DNA from: Vicugna vicugna
Lineage: Eukaryota
Assembly: GCA_013265495.1 (NCBI GenBank)
Contig: MU057880.1
Span: forward strand, 1,394,527-1,458,526
Length of the DNA stretch: 64,000 nt
Direction of reading: 5' to 3'
The translations under genes were made by a program, and so were the position numbers. Positions within the stretch are counted from its first letter, which is position 1. Each line of letters starts with the position of its first letter. The notes under the pieces were generated by a model, which made no database searches, was not told the origin of the DNA, and worked only from the letters and a program-made list of their open reading frames with translations. Shown here piece after piece: positions 50,632 to 64,000 of the stretch.

Positions 50632-51509
50632 GGGACATGGACGTGTTGGCTGGAGCTCCATCTTGGACTGTGGTCCTGAGGGCCACACTTATCAATAAGG
50701 GAAGAGAAAGTTATGAGAAGCCTGTGTGTCTGAGGTCTTTGTAGAGCTTTTCTGCTGGCTTTGTAGTTCAACAAAAGACTTTGTAAACTGCTTTGCTCAC
50801 CCTGAAACTGTGAAAATCCAGACTTACACAAGGAGGGGAATTAAACTTCTGACTCATTCAGGCTATTGCATGTTGAATTTCTTGCTATTCACAGCTGAAA
50901 CTAATCTTAATTAATACTTGAAAATCATTTTATCTTAAAGTAATTATTTTCGTTCAAAAATTGTGTTTAAAAAGTTTCATTTTAAAGTAATTAAAAACAT
51001 TTTTGTGTTTTATTTGTGTGTTCCAATTGGTCAGGCATGATTAAATGAAGCATGCTATGAATACTCATAAACTTTTTAAAATTACAGTTTGAAAGCCTAC
51101 TGTAAAGACATTATGGAGTATTAAGGAATGCTCTTGAAATACATGTATTTTCAAAGGCAGATTTATTCAAATATGACACAAATCTAGCTTCTGTGTAGTA
51201 GTTTAATGCAATTATACATGCCTGACAATGGTCCTTACAACATCGCTATCAACAAGAATTTAAATAATACTATTTAATTCAATTAAACATTTTCAGATAA
51301 AGTAGGGATTTTTATTTGTAATTCTAAGGTTCTCCAGCATGGATAACCACATTTACACTAGCAGTGGCCACATAAAAGTTTTAAATTTCATTGCATGAAA
51401 TACAAACGGGAAAGAATTGTATTTAGGATGTTGGTTCCACTAACTTTTTTTTTTTTTGCACTAATGTAGCTTTAATCAATAAGTCCTACTTTCAGCAAAC
51501 AGAAGTGGG

Positions 51510-51899
51510 GGCATGGATTGAATATTTGTGTTCTGCTAAAGTCCATCCATTAAAGCTCTTCATACCCCAATATGATGGTATTCGGAAATGAGCTTTTGGG
51601 GAAGAATTTAGAGTTAGATTAGGTCATGAGGGTGGGGCCTTCATGGTGAGATTAGTGGCCTTAGAGGATGAAAGAGATCATTCACCTTTCAGACACATAC
51701 ACTCTGAGGAAAGGCCATGTGGGGACACAGTGGGAAGGTGGCCATCTGCAAGCCAGGAAGAGGGTCTCCACCAGCAACCGACCATGCCAGACCCCTGATC
51801 ACAGACTTCTGGTCCCCAGAACTGTGAGAAAATCAATGTCTGTTGCATAAGTCCCCAGTTTGTGTTATTTTGTTTTGGTCGCCTGAGCAGACTGAGACT
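51510..51899 (+). mobile_element. MaLR solo LTR (MLT1A-like)
   Basis: gaggaaaggccatgtggggacacag...gccatctgcaagccaggaagag...ccagaactgtgagaaaatcaatgtctgttg. Confidence 0.85.
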
Positions 51900-52841
51900 G
51901 GATTATTTGATGATAACACCAGTAGCCATTGCTTGCTGTGGGAATGGTGAGTCATTTCAGTGGGACGTCTGTCTTGGACACTCCTTGTTGGCAAATTGTA
52001 GTCTGCACCGCTGGCTGAATTTTTCTCTTTCTGGAGCCAGGGTTTTACAGGCAATAATTGGGTTGTATGCAGTACTACCACTGTAGTACCCTTGTTTTAG
52101 AAGATCTTTTCAGATACTGACTTTTCTGTGATATCTGAATTGCTGTGTACAGTAATTGATTTCTTGGAACATTCTTCTAAGTTCTTTCCCCATAACTTTA
52201 GGCACATCCTCCTTAGTCTGCCAGGATGACTGTGTGTCTTCAGGCAGCCCTCTCAGCCCTTCCAGGTGCCTCTGCTTTGTCCTCTTCCTCCTGCCAGCCT
52301 TCCTCCCTACTTTGCGGTCTCCCTGGAAATCAACAGAAAGGAGCAAACGTAGCTCCCACCTCCTTCGAAATAGCCTTCATTTCAAAATTCTGGAGACGTG
52401 CGTGAGAGTGTGTTGAGTTTTTAATAAGCTTTTCCAGCTGTGATCTACAAACTCCAATTAAATGTCAAGCAGGAAAAAAAGGTGAAGGTATCTTAAGGGA
52501 TCATGTTCCTAATACTGCTTAAATATCATATTTTATTCATTAGATCATTTTACCTGGAGGATATTTATACCTTAATATGTAGTTGATATTTTAAAATAAG
52601 CTGGTTATGCCAATCTTAGTTTTCAGAATTATAGACACTGACATTTTGCAGGTTTTCTTTGCCAAATGGTAACAAAGCATCAGAGGGTTGTGTTATATGA
52701 GGAGCTGATGACAAAGAGAATTCAGCTGGTATCTCAAGAGTAATCTTATTTTTGGTCACAAAATCAAGATGCTGTTAAAAAGATGCACTATTCAAACTTG
52801 CACAGGCTTCACTGTGCTACTTTAGGCAGGAATTCAATTTT

Positions 52842-53292
52842 GTTTTTTACACTTTTTAAAATTACCGTATAGTCGGTTTATAATGTGTCAGTTTCTGGTG
52901 TACAGCATAATAGTTCAGTCATACATGAACATACATACATTTGCTTTCATATTCTTTTTCACCATAAGTTACTACAAGATATTGACTATAGTTCCCTGTG
53001 CTCTACAGTATAAACTTATTTATCTAGTTTCTATAGTAGTTAGTATCGGCAAACCTCAAACTTCCAACTTATTCCTTCCCAACCCCTCCCCCCTGGTAGC
53101 CATATGTTCGTTTTCTATGTCTGTGAGTCTGTTTCTGTTTTGTAAATAAGTTTATTTGTCTTTTTTTTGTTTGTTTTTTTAGTTTCCACAGATAAGTGAG
53201 ATCATATGGTATTTTTCTTTCTCTTTCTGGCTTACTTCACTTAGAATGATGATTTCCAGGTCCATCCATGTTGCTGCAAATGGCATTATTTT
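52842..53292 (-). mobile_element. 5'-truncated LINE-1 3' end
   Basis: Reverse complement of the same 3'UTR type as 48951-49449. Confidence 0.92.
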
Positions 53293-54411
53293 GACTCCTT
53301 ATATTTTAGTTTTTCCTTTTTGTCTGTACAGCCAGTGAATAGGTCACTTCATTTTTCAGACCCATGCATTAAATACAGCTCAGTTCTAACTAAAGTTAAA
53401 TCAGTATTCAACGTGCATCATAACTCACATAAAAATCTATCCAATTAATTAAATTAAAGCCCTTTTGTGGCTATTTCTATATAAACAAAGTAGGGAGCAT
53501 TTTAATAAAATATCTTAGACGATATTTCTTTTTAGGTAAAGAAAACTTAGGGCAAAAAACAAAATTGGTGGTGTTTGAGATTGCCTAGATCAGTTTTTTC
53601 TATCTCTCCATCTTTTTCTTGTTAATTGTAGCATCCCCACCCAGTCTGCATCTTTGCAAATGTGACCATAGTTTTCATAGCTCATAATACACCTTTTAAG
53701 TAGGACATAGTTAAAAATATTTTTCTAGTTCTTAAAAAATATTATTAGGAATTCCATTTAGTAGTTGAATTTTGTTAATACATAATATAGACTCCTTTAA
53801 TTTTTGAAACAAATATTATAAATTAGATTGCTATGATGTCATAAAATATAATTTTCTATAAATTAAACAAGCTGGATCGAGAGAAAATCAAAAGGGGGCA
53901 TTTTCCAGTGATTATGTTTACACTTTGGAAAAATCAAAAACATTACTAATCCATCTATAAGATTATATTCATGTTACATTTCCCTTAAACAAACTCATGT
54001 ATAGATAACTTTAAAGGAACATTGATTTTGTAATGGTTGACTATTGGTAATTTAAATGGCTAGCCTGTGTAGGTAAACAGTTTACTCAATGTGTCGTGGC
54101 ATCTTCCATGACGCAAGGTTCTACGTACATCTTACTGTAGTTAATTTGGTTGGATCCACTGACAATACTGTTAATTGAAAGTTTGGCAGATATCCAGGAA
54201 AATAATCATGGTTAACTGGTCTAAAAAGAAAAATGCACATGAAGTATTGCAAAACATAATTCTTTTGTTTCATATTGAAACAAACATATTTTCCTAAGTG
54301 TTAGAACAATATACTTCTAAATGTAGGAGTATTAGACATCACACCACAAATAAACAGTATTGAATCATATTTTTTAAAAAAACCCTGATGTAACATAGTC
54401 TCTTTGCAACT

Positions 54412-54690
54412 CAGGGACCAATAATTTTTTTTTTCCTTAAGAACAGGAGAGTAAATATTTTAAACTGTCTCAGCTACACAGCTCTGTCCACATAGAGCAA
54501 AAGTACTTATAAACAATAGGTACGTGAATTAGAGCACTGAAACTTAAATTTTGTATACTTTCCACAGGCCACAGAATAATATTTTGATTTTTTTCAATCA
54601 TTCAAAAAGGCAAAATCCATTTTTAGCTTAGGAGCCACAAAACAAATGGCAGGCAGATTTGGCCTTTGATTCATGGTTTGCTGACTCCTG
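54412..54690. mobile_element. MER58B-like hAT MITE
   Basis: caggg start, agtaaatatttt, gcaggcagatttggcc...gtttgctgactcctg end. Confidence 0.7.
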
Positions 54691-55813
54691 ATATAAATTA
54701 TATGCTAGTTTTCATCAATTTTTTTTTCTTACAATGATATCCTCTCTGGAAATTTGTCATTTTTCTTTTAATTTGTTCCAAAGCCACATGATTGATTCCC
54801 TATCACATTCAAAAGCAGATTTACATCATACACTATAAAACCCATGTAGTATGCAAGTTTTACAAAGGATCTGAGCAGATTTCACAACATGAAAGGATTA
54901 CTTATACTTTCTCTGGCATTCTTTTTTCATAGAATTATTTTCAAAAATTAGGAGAGGCCCTGACTGATTTGGAAATACTGTAACATATAGAAGTTTTATT
55001 TCTGAAGAGACTAATGAGACACAAATCAGCGAACACACATTAAAAGGTCATTATTACACAGCAATTTAAGGAAAAAGAGGTTGGTTTACCCTGGTCGAGA
55101 GACCAACATAAGTTATAATGAAAATATTTGAAAATTAGTTTTCTACATTTTCCAACTTCTGTTATAAGGAGTGAAGCCAAGAGTTTCTCATGATGAAGTT
55201 TATTTCTCAACGTACAGCTGAAATCAAGGAGGAAATAAATCCCTCTCTTGGAAATGAAAGTCAAAACTTTCAAATGCTGCCTGCTCAAAATCGTTCAGCA
55301 GTCGTGTTGGGAAATTTAATATCCCAAATAGAAGTTTCCGTGGGTAAAATACTGGTATTTACTTGGCTTCTCTCTTTCTTTTTTCATCCATAAAGCTCAG
55401 TGTGGGAGGAGAGCCCTGCAAGCAAGATGAATATAATTCAGTTCAAATCCAATCTTGGAAAGGTTACCAACCTTGAGCCTCCAGCAGTTTCTACAGATTC
55501 TCACCTGGTGAAAAATCTATTCAGGCATTCATTCCTGTATGAGGTCGTAAACTCCAAATAATTTGCTCTACGTGTGACTTTAGATTATTTTAGTACAATT
55601 CTAGAAATTAGAATCTAATGAGTCAGTGCTAAACGACTCAAACAGATAAAATAAACTAATTTGTGTGGATGGAGGTAGGAAGCAATGTCTCTTTAATTTA
55701 GGGGACCAATTGTTGATCCAGATTATCACGTCAGGAAAGGATATAGACACACACAAAGACACAAGAGCCCATGTTTACTGGTCAAGTGAGTAAAGCCACA
55801 CCAGATCCAGCTT

Positions 55814-56192
55814 TGTCATCAGACTGAATTGGGTCCCCACTTAGTTTGTGTGCTGAAGTTCTAATTCTCAACATGGTGGTGTGTGCTGAAGAAGATGCAG
55901 CCTTTAGGAGGTAATTAGGTTTGATGACGCCGTGAGGTTGAGGTCCTCCTATTGGGAGTAGCGCTCTTATAAAGAGAGATTCCAAAGAGGGCACTGTCCC
56001 TGTCTTCACCATGTCAGGACACAGAAAGAAGGTGGTCATCGGCAAGCCTGGAAGCAGGTCCTCGCCAAAGACCAACCTCTCTGACACCCTGATCTTGGAC
56101 TTCCCAGGCTCCAGAGCTATGACAAATAAATGTCTGTTGTCTAAGCCACCCAATCTGATATATTGTCATGGCAGCCTGAGCACACTAAGACA
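55814..56192 (+). mobile_element. MaLR solo LTR (MLT1A/B-like)
   Basis: TG...ctaagaCA; gacaccctgatcttggacttcc...aataaatgtctgttgtctaagccacc. Confidence 0.85.
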
Positions 56193-56399
56193 GCATCTCT
56201 TTCAGATTTTATAGGTAAGAAACAGATCTAATTATAAATTTCAACATAACTTAAGGGAAGTCTTAAATGACTTCCAAATTTGTAAAGAAATGCTATCAAT
56301 TTATAGCCCTTAATATTAAACGGTGGTATATACATTTTAAAATATTAGATATTTGTTAAAGAAGCATTTTCCACCAGTATGAGAAACTTTCATCATAGT

Positions 56400-57625
56400 A
56401 GACAAATCTCTAGCTATGTTAGGTGAAAAAATCAGATTTTAAAGTAAAAGATTGATAATTCCCCTATTATTTTGTCCAACTATATGACCCATATTAAAAA
56501 TATTTGTGAAAAAAATTATTCATGGTGCCCTGAAACAGAGTCTATAAAATATGTCACAAATAGAGTTGTTAGAATCCTTTATTACATACAGAATGTTGAA
56601 AGGAATAGAAGACAATAGATACAGTAGTCTTGTGTTATTGCTAATGCTTGTTGGCGTGGTCATGGGAGAGTTTTACGAACATACATTGTTATTCAGGTTC
56701 AAGAGTTTTCTAAGCAAAAAGAATGTCGCCACACATTCAATAATCAAAGACAAAATAAGTGTGATTTTCATTTTTTCAGCAATATGCACTGCATATGAAT
56801 GAGATCAGTTTGAAATCCCAAAGGAAAAGAAAAGCTTATTTGGGACTTCGCTTGACAGGTGTGAAACTTCGGTTAAATGAAAATTTTCCATAATACACAT
56901 CAATAATAATAATATTACTTATTTTTCTACTAAGAATGAGAAAGATTTAAATTGTAATTAATGGTGTTACATAAATTTGCAAACACTATGAGAAACATTT
57001 GAAGACAATTTTATTAATATTAATAAACTTTGAATTGCCTTTCAATTTACAGAATTCCCTTTTGTGTTCTATGTTAATAATACTGAGTTGACAGAAGAAT
57101 GATTTAATTCACTTAGACTTGTTCCAACTTGATGTTTTGCTTCAGTTGAATCAATTCTTTAAAAGACAAACCAGTTTTGTCAATAGGGAAGATAATATTA
57201 AGTGAAATGATTTGTACTCAGTTCAGCATTAGAAAAACTATTAGAACTGTTCAAAGTATTAGAAAACTTATTGAAAGTATTACATTAATTTTTGCATATG
57301 TTTGAAATGTGTTGGGTATCTGAATCTATTAATACAGATCTAGTAGTTTCCATAAGAATTTAACACTCGAATTGAGATATGCTGTTTAAGTGTAAAAAGC
57401 ACATTAGACTTCAAAGTCTTAGTATGAACTATAGGATAAAAAATATCTCATTAATAATTTTCATATTGATTAATTATTGAAATGATAATAGTCTAGATAT
57501 ATTGGGTTAAACAAAATGTATTATTAAAATTAATTTATCCTGTTTTGTTTTCCTTTTTTAATGTGGCTGTTAGGAAATGTAAAGTTGTTTATGTGGTTTG
57601 CATAGATTTATATTAGACAGAACTG
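56400..57625. mobile_element. hAT-Charlie transposon remnant (Charlie5/MER33-like end, decayed transposase)
   Basis: 57370-57625 is the reverse complement of a MER33-type terminus; ~56780-56850 (catatgaatgagatcagtttgaaatcccaaagg) resembles the hAT HMNELNLKLQG motif; left boundary uncertain. Confidence 0.7.
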
Positions 57626-57904
57626 TTCTAGGAATTAGACCATCATGACAAAATGTGCCATGGGTAAATGTACCTAGGAGTCCAGATTCCTATGAGAAGA
57701 ACTTTTGTTTCCTTTTCTTGTTCAGTTGAAAACTCTTCAAAGGCAGGAATTATGTGTTCATTTCTGCTTTTTCAGTTTCTAGCACAGTATCTAGCAAAAT
57801 ATAAAGATACATAATCAATAAATATTTTCAGAGTATAGAGAAATTAGTAAATTGATGAATTTACTGATGATCAGTCAGGCAAAGGTGTGGTTTTGTAATT
57901 AGTA

Positions 57905-59250
57905 CTTTTTAATTGAATATTTATTTTTATGCAATTTTAAAAGATTATACTCCATGTTATTATAAAATATTGGCTACATTCCCTGTATTGTACAATATAT
58001 TATACCTAATAGTTTATAACTCCTATGCCCTTACCCCATCTTGCCCCCACCACCTCCCCACTGGTAACCACTAGTTTGTTCTCTGTATCTGTGAGTGTAA
58101 GTCTTTTTTTTGTTATATTCACTAGTTTGTTGTATTTTTTTGATTCCACAAACTAGTGATACTATACAATATTTGTCTGTTTCTGTCTGTTTTATTTCAC
58201 ATAGCACAATGCCCTCCATGTCCATCCATGTTGCTGCAAATGGCAAAATTTTGTTCTTTTTTAATGGCTGAGTAGTATTCCACTGTATAAATATACCACA
58301 TCTTCTTTATGCAGTCTTCTGTGGACGGGCACCTAGATTGCTTCCATGTCTTGGCTATTGTAAATAATGCTGCCATGAACTTTGGGGTGCATGTATCTTT
58401 TCAAATTAGAGTTTCTGGTTTTTTTCAGATATATACCCAGGAGTGGAATTGCTAAGTCTTATCATAGCTCTATTTTTAGATTTTTGAGAAATCTCTGTAC
58501 TGGTTTCCACAGTGGTTGCACCAAATTACACTCTCACCAGTGGCATCGAGGGTTCCCTTTTCTCCATTTCCTTGCCATAATTTGTTATTTGTGTTCTTTT
58601 TGATGATGGCCATTCTGATGGGTGTGAGGTGGTATCTCACTGTGGTTTTGATTTGCATTTCTCTGATGATTAGCAATGTCAGCATCTCTTCATCTGCTTG
58701 TTGGCCATCTGTATGTCTTCTTTGGAAAGATGTCTATTCAGGTTTTCTGCCCATTTGAAAGGTTCTTTGTTTTTCTGATGTTGAGCTGTATAAACTGTTT
58801 ATATATGTTGAACATTAACCCCTTATCGGTAATGTCATTTGCATATACTTTCTCCCATTGAGTAGGTTATCTTTTTGTTTGTTGATGGTTTCCTTTGCTG
58901 TGCAAAAGTTTTTAAGTTTAGTTAAGTTCCACTTACTTATTTGTGCTTTTATTTCCTTTATTTTAGGAGACACATCCAAAAAAAAATATTGCTATGATTT
59001 ATGTCAGAGACTGTACTGCCTGTTTTCTTCCAGGAGTTTTATTGTATCTGGTCTTACATTTAGGTATTTAATCCATTTTAAGCTTATTTTTGTATGTAGT
59101 GTTACAGAATGTTCTAATTTCATTCTTTTATGCATAACTGTCCAGTTTTCCCAGCACCGTTTATTGAAGAGACTGTCTTTTCTCCATTGCACATTCTTGC
59201 CTCCTTTGTTGTAGATTAATTGACCGTAAGTGCGTGGGTTTGTTTCTGGG
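57905..59250 (-). mobile_element. LINE-1 3' 1.3 kb with disrupted ORF2 C-terminus
   Basis: Minus-strand peptides [55 protein letters not shown] and PFAATWMDMEGIVL are L1 ORF2p; split by frameshifts and stops. Confidence 0.95.
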
Positions 59251-59877
59251 CAAAGATGCGTTTTTTGTAGTTGTAGTCTGGATGGATACATCTTTCTGTG
59301 TGGTGTTACAGCTTGGGAACTCTTCCTTCAACTCCTCCTCTTCTATTTATCAAGTAAGCTCCCAAGGACAAATGTTCTAACAAGGTTGACCATATGTCCC
59401 AGTTTGCTCAGGTGAATTCTACTGTGCACTTGGTTTGCTCAGGCCATTGTAAATAACTCTTATTCGACCACTGGGGAGAGAAAGTGGCATCCTTGGGCTA
59501 TGGAGATGGGCAAACACACAACCCCAGACCCCGGGCTGACGGAACTGACAGCAATTGACAGTCACATGTACCCGCAGCCTGGGGAAAAGCACATTGTATC
59601 TGTCAGTGCCAGGCCGCATGGGGCTTCCCTTGGGAGCAAATGGAACCACCACCAAGCTTTGCAGGAGGTGGAAGGTGGGTGCCCCCCAGTTCCAGTGGAA
59701 GGAAGTGACTGTGTTATTTGAAGAATTCTGCCGGCTGAAACCTGCCACGTAGGCACAGGCGGAAATTGCCCCTGTTCCCTCTAAGAAGTCGTGTTGTTTG
59801 GCTTGGGAGACCTAGTCCACAGGAGCGGAGTAGGCAGAGGACCTTGGGGGAAGGCCATCTGAGACCTTCCATGCGTT

Positions 59878-59890
59878 CCACCAGATGGCA
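59878..59890 (+). promoter_or_regulatory. Candidate CTCF site
   Basis: CCACCAGATGGCA matches the CTCF core. Confidence 0.45.
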
Positions 59891-60357
59891 AGACAGAAAG
59901 TCACATGGAATCTTAGTTTTAGGCTTTATTCCAGAGCCTCATTCCTGCGTCAGAAATGTCATGTTTCAGACTATGAATGATCAGGTCATCCTACTTATCA
60001 CCAGCATTCATACATTTCATTGAACTCGTGGCCCGAGTTGGGACAAAATGAAATCTCCACATCACTAGTGTTACTTCTCTGGTTTCTGAGGCAAGCGCAT
60101 ATGAATATGTAGGCTTGGGAATAATTACTTTTTACAATTAAAAACATAATTAATATATTAAACATCTCCTTTCTCTGTTTCTGCCTTTTGATGTTCATCC
60201 TGTCTCTTTCCAATACAGGCCATTTCCCTTCCTCTTAGACATGAAGCAAAAAAGCCACAAATGCACAAAGTTGATAATAATATTCTTTGTAGACGTGAGA
60301 ACCTGGGGAAGACTCATTTGTGTTCCAATAGCACATTGAGATTTAAATAATCAGTTG

Positions 60358-60555
60358 GGAGAACTATGTTCAATGGCTTGTAGCAGCATATAATGAAAAA
60401 GACTGTGAAAAAGAGTATGTGTGTATGTGTGTATGTGTGTGTGTGTGTGTGTGTGTGTATACACACACTGAATATACATATATACTGAATCACTATGCTG
60501 TACACCAAAAACTAACACAACATTGTAGATCAAAAAACAAATACAGAAAAAAAAA
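60358..60555 (+). mobile_element. LINE-1 3' end with expanded internal (TG)n
   Basis: gaactatgttcaatggcttgtag...actgaatcactatgctgtacacc; TG repeat 60416-60458. Confidence 0.85.
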
Positions 60556-60721
60556 TTATTTGGACATTTTGTCCTTAGACTTTAAAATGGGACCACAGAT
60601 TATCCTCTGGAAAGAGGTAAGTCTTCTTTTTCAAGAAATTTAACTGTTTCCACATTAGGAACAAAATAGTAGCATTTGCAGAGTTAGAATAGTTGGAAGT
60701 GAGGTTATTACAGAGAACTTT

Positions 60722-60835
60722 TGAAAGAATATGAAAACGAATATACGTAGATTCACGTCTGACTGCAAAACTGTGCTGTGCACCAGAAATTGACGCAACG
60801 TTGTAAACTGACTATAACTCAATTTTTAAAAAAAG
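60722..60835 (+). mobile_element. Short LINE-1 3' tip
   Basis: gaaagaatatgaaaacgaata...caccagaaattgacgcaacgttgtaaactgactataactc; flanked by agagaac repeats. Confidence 0.85.
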
Positions 60836-61917
60836 AGAGAACCTGATAATATAATATCTTTCAACCATTATTTTATGTACTGTCTTTTTTTTTAAAATAA
60901 AATTATACCCGTATGTTAGTGTTTTTGGAAAAGAAAACACCTAGCTACATGAGTCTGCTAAATATTTTTAGTAGCGTTTTAACCGAGGAGAGCAGCCAGG
61001 ACTACCCCCAGTGCCGACACTCACCTGACCGCTCCGCCAGCACAGACAGGTCCTGTTCTGCAGGAGAGGCGCGCCTGCAGGCACCAGCCGCACACATCTG
61101 GCAGACAGGAGTTCTATAGGAAAACTGGAAGAGACAGCAGCTTCTAATAGTCATGAAGAAGTGGGGGAGAGTTAACGTGTCTTTTCAACCTGAGAGTGAC
61201 TTGAATGTTTCACGCTTTAGGTGGCTTGGAAGACAAAAGATGTCTTTGAAAAAGCAAGGGAAGAGAGCAATGGAAAGAAATAAGTTTGGGAAAGGCAATT
61301 AAGATTTATTTCAAACCATTTATTTAACTCATAGTAGGTATCAAATACCATCACACACACTGTATTTATTAATTCACTTAATCCTCACAAAATTCCTGTA
61401 GACTCTGCACTATGTTATCTTTAGGTGAGGAGCTGCAGTTAAGATTAAGCTGGAATTAGAATTCCATCAGGACGGTTTTTTATGTAATTAGAAAGGGTAC
61501 GGATAGTTCAGTGTATACTAAGAAGGGTAATTTATGCTTTACCTATAAGCATATTGAAAAATCACCTTTATTTCAGGCAACACAATGTTTCCTATTATTT
61601 ATGGTTGTTTTGAAATGCATGGCACAATCATTATAATAAAATGTTTACTAATGTGTAGGAAATTTTAACACTGTTACAGAGACACTGATGGACAGTGCTG
61701 TTTTCCACCAACCCTGACACATCAACCAGAGTTTCTTCTTGCAAATCACGAATTTTGCCAAGAGTGGTTCAAAAACATCAGACCAATGAGAATTTCATAC
61801 AGCAAGCTAGGAGAGTCAGTAAATAACATTTTTAAATTTGTGTGATTAAAGAACAGCTTCTAGATTTAATGCCCTAGTTTTAAAGAGTTGATTTTCAATA
61901 TTTTAATACAGTTATTT

Positions 61918-62043
61918 GTGTGTGTGTTAATTTCTGGTGTACAGCTTTAGTGTTTCAGTTAGACACATATATATAAACATTTTCCTTTTTATATTCTTTT
62001 TCATTATAGATTACAACATACTAACTACTATATATAAACTGTA
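61918..62043 (-). mobile_element. Miniature inverted LINE-1 insertion
   Basis: 16-bp TSD tttaata(c/t)agttattt; reverse L1 3' piece joined to a 21-nt forward L1 piece. Confidence 0.7.
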
Positions 62044-63276
62044 TTTAATATAGTTATTTACTTATCTTGCTTTTAGCTCTCCTCACATAAAAGAACTGAA
62101 GAAGTCATAATACATTAAATTATCTCATTTTTCTTTTATCTTAAACTCAACTCATAACCTTTTTTAGGAGATGCATTAGACTGTACGTTTCTCAATTAAG
62201 AAAGGATGTGCTATTAATATGGCTCATATGACTTCGGCTACATAATTTTATTAGTGTTGATACAAATATATAGAAATATTTGGTACAAAATCTTACATAT
62301 TCTGTTAACCACGCACCCTAGTGCTTGTTGTTTGAATTGCCATTTGCATCAATTATACTTGAAGAAAATGAATTGATTAGTTCATTTCACAACATAATTT
62401 GAAGAGCATTTTACTAGCAATGCTAAGGATTTATAGCACCCAGAGCAAGTAAGTTTGAGGGAGGAAGGAAAAAGAAGATTCTTAGGAAACGAGGGAAGAG
62501 GAGCAGACAGCTGGGAAGGAAACACGAGGCTCTGATGGCCTCAGCCCCAACTGAGAAGATGGTGTGTTTCACTAAAATCGCGTTTTGGGGAGGCACTTGT
62601 GGTAGCAGTCTGGCCCCAGTTTCCCTTCAGGACGAGTATAGAGGAACAGGAGATGAAATGATAAAGAAAAGGCTGACTCAGTATTTATTTTTTCCCTAAC
62701 ACAAAATCTGTGGAAATTCCCTCTGAACCCAGTGGCGTTTTATCAAGACCAGAAATTAAAGAAGCCTTGATTTATTACCTGATCTCAAAATGCACAACCC
62801 CTTCCAGATGGAAAGACCGATCTATTAATCAGTTTCAGAAAGCTACTTCCACTTTTTTTGGTAATGGGATTTGGCATGAATCTTTGTGTGCAATTATAAG
62901 AATGGCTTTCAGATGCTATAGAAAACATCATTTTTCTGAATTATCAAATATGAAGATAGTGAAAGCTTTACTTTTTCTTGAATTTTTTAAAATTGAAGTA
63001 TGGTTGATTTATGAAGGTGAAAACTCTTAAGATGATCTTCAGAATTCTTCACCCTCTACAAGTGTTGATCAACTTGATGTTTCTGATGATAGAACTGTGA
63101 ATCAACTTGACACATGAAACACAAATTAAATTAAACTCAGTTGGTATACTTTAATTTACTTGGAATGATTGATCATTCTTTTCTATTTTTAATATACGAA
63201 TATGAACAAAACATGGGAGAGAAATTAGACATTTAAAAATCTCGTATTCAAATCTATACAGATCTATAATGAAAAT

Positions 63277-63440
63277 CTATAAAAACAGATAAAAAACAAA
63301 TATCTTCTGTATAGCACAGGGAACCATATTCAATATCTTGTAATAATCTTTCATGAAAAAGAATATGAAAATGAATATATGTATGTATATGCATGATGGG
63401 GACATTGTGCTGTACACCAGAAACTGACGCATTGTAACTG
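63277..63440 (+). mobile_element. LINE-1 3' fragment lacking the poly(A) end
   Basis: ctgtatagcacagggaaccatattcaatatcttg...caccagaaactgacgcattgtaactg, then unrelated sequence. Confidence 0.85.
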
Positions 63441-64000
63441 TATTTCTCATTGATTGGCTACTAAGCTATTCCCCTAACACACTCCCAGCAAAACTTTCAT
63501 GGAACCAGGAGTCATTAAATACCCCTCTGACATAATCATTTGTCCTAAAAATAAGTAAATAAAAAATAAAACCCTGAACACGTTAATTTAGTTTATTTAA
63601 TCATCAAAGTGCATCATCTTCTCTTGAATACAGTGTGACGTACACAGTTTCCTCTTCTGGTCTTGGGCAATGCCTGTTGGAACTGGTGCAGGGATTTCCT
63701 GATTCAGCTCACTACCTGCAACACCATCTCATCAAGGCAAATCCAGGTGAACGTAAGACCTAAGAGTTGGGTGCCAGAAAAAGTCAAGCCACATTCTCTT
63801 ACGGGCTTTCTTGAAAATTGTCATTTTTTTTAGTCCATTCAATTCATTCATTTATTTTTCTAGAGCCAGAGGATGATTTTCAGTTGTTTTAAGCAGAAAA
63901 TTGCAGAAGACAACTTTAAAACCCCAAAGAGATTTGAATGACATTTATCAACTATCATTTATTTAATTTTGATTTTTCCATGCAGCAAACAACTTAACTG

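Noticed and set aside
58031..59291. ORFs with convincing protein-like sequence
   Set aside because: Fragments of L1 ORF2p broken by frameshifts, not a host gene.
1..64000. CRISPR arrays, operons or other prokaryotic systems; a host gene symbol
   Set aside because: The sequence is mammalian repeat-rich DNA with no repeat-spacer array, and I do not recognise any exon well enough to name a gene.

Overview
Non-coding mammalian genomic DNA, most likely camelid (alpaca/llama/camel). The inference rests on seven tRNA-Ala(AGC)-derived SINEs resembling the camelid vic-1 family and on many young 5'-truncated L1 3' ends. I find no credible protein-coding gene. The ORF-track entries are short or repeat-derived, and the only real coding remnants are a dead L1 ORF2 C-terminus (about 58.3-59.25 kb) and a decayed hAT/Charlie transposase (about 56.4-57.3 kb). 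The left half is dense in solo ERV1-type LTRs, several MER41-like. One LTR is packed with NF-Y, octamer, IRF, ETS and Sp motifs, one keeps a GAS site, and two copies of another form a close inverted pair. A CpG-enriched promoter-like region with a CTCF motif and G4 tract lies at about 36.4-37.1 kb. It is followed by about 12 kb of repeat-poor DNA with a cluster of splice signals at 40.6-41.1 kb, including a candidate 21-nt microexon. I cannot name the host gene. Several retrotransposition intermediates are readable directly: twin-primed inversions, an L1-into-L1 chimera and poly(A)-only insertions. I do not see a demonstrably new biological system; the best leads are regulatory and need functional data. 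Repeat family names come from recalled consensus resemblance, not a database search, and boundaries of old repeats are approximate.
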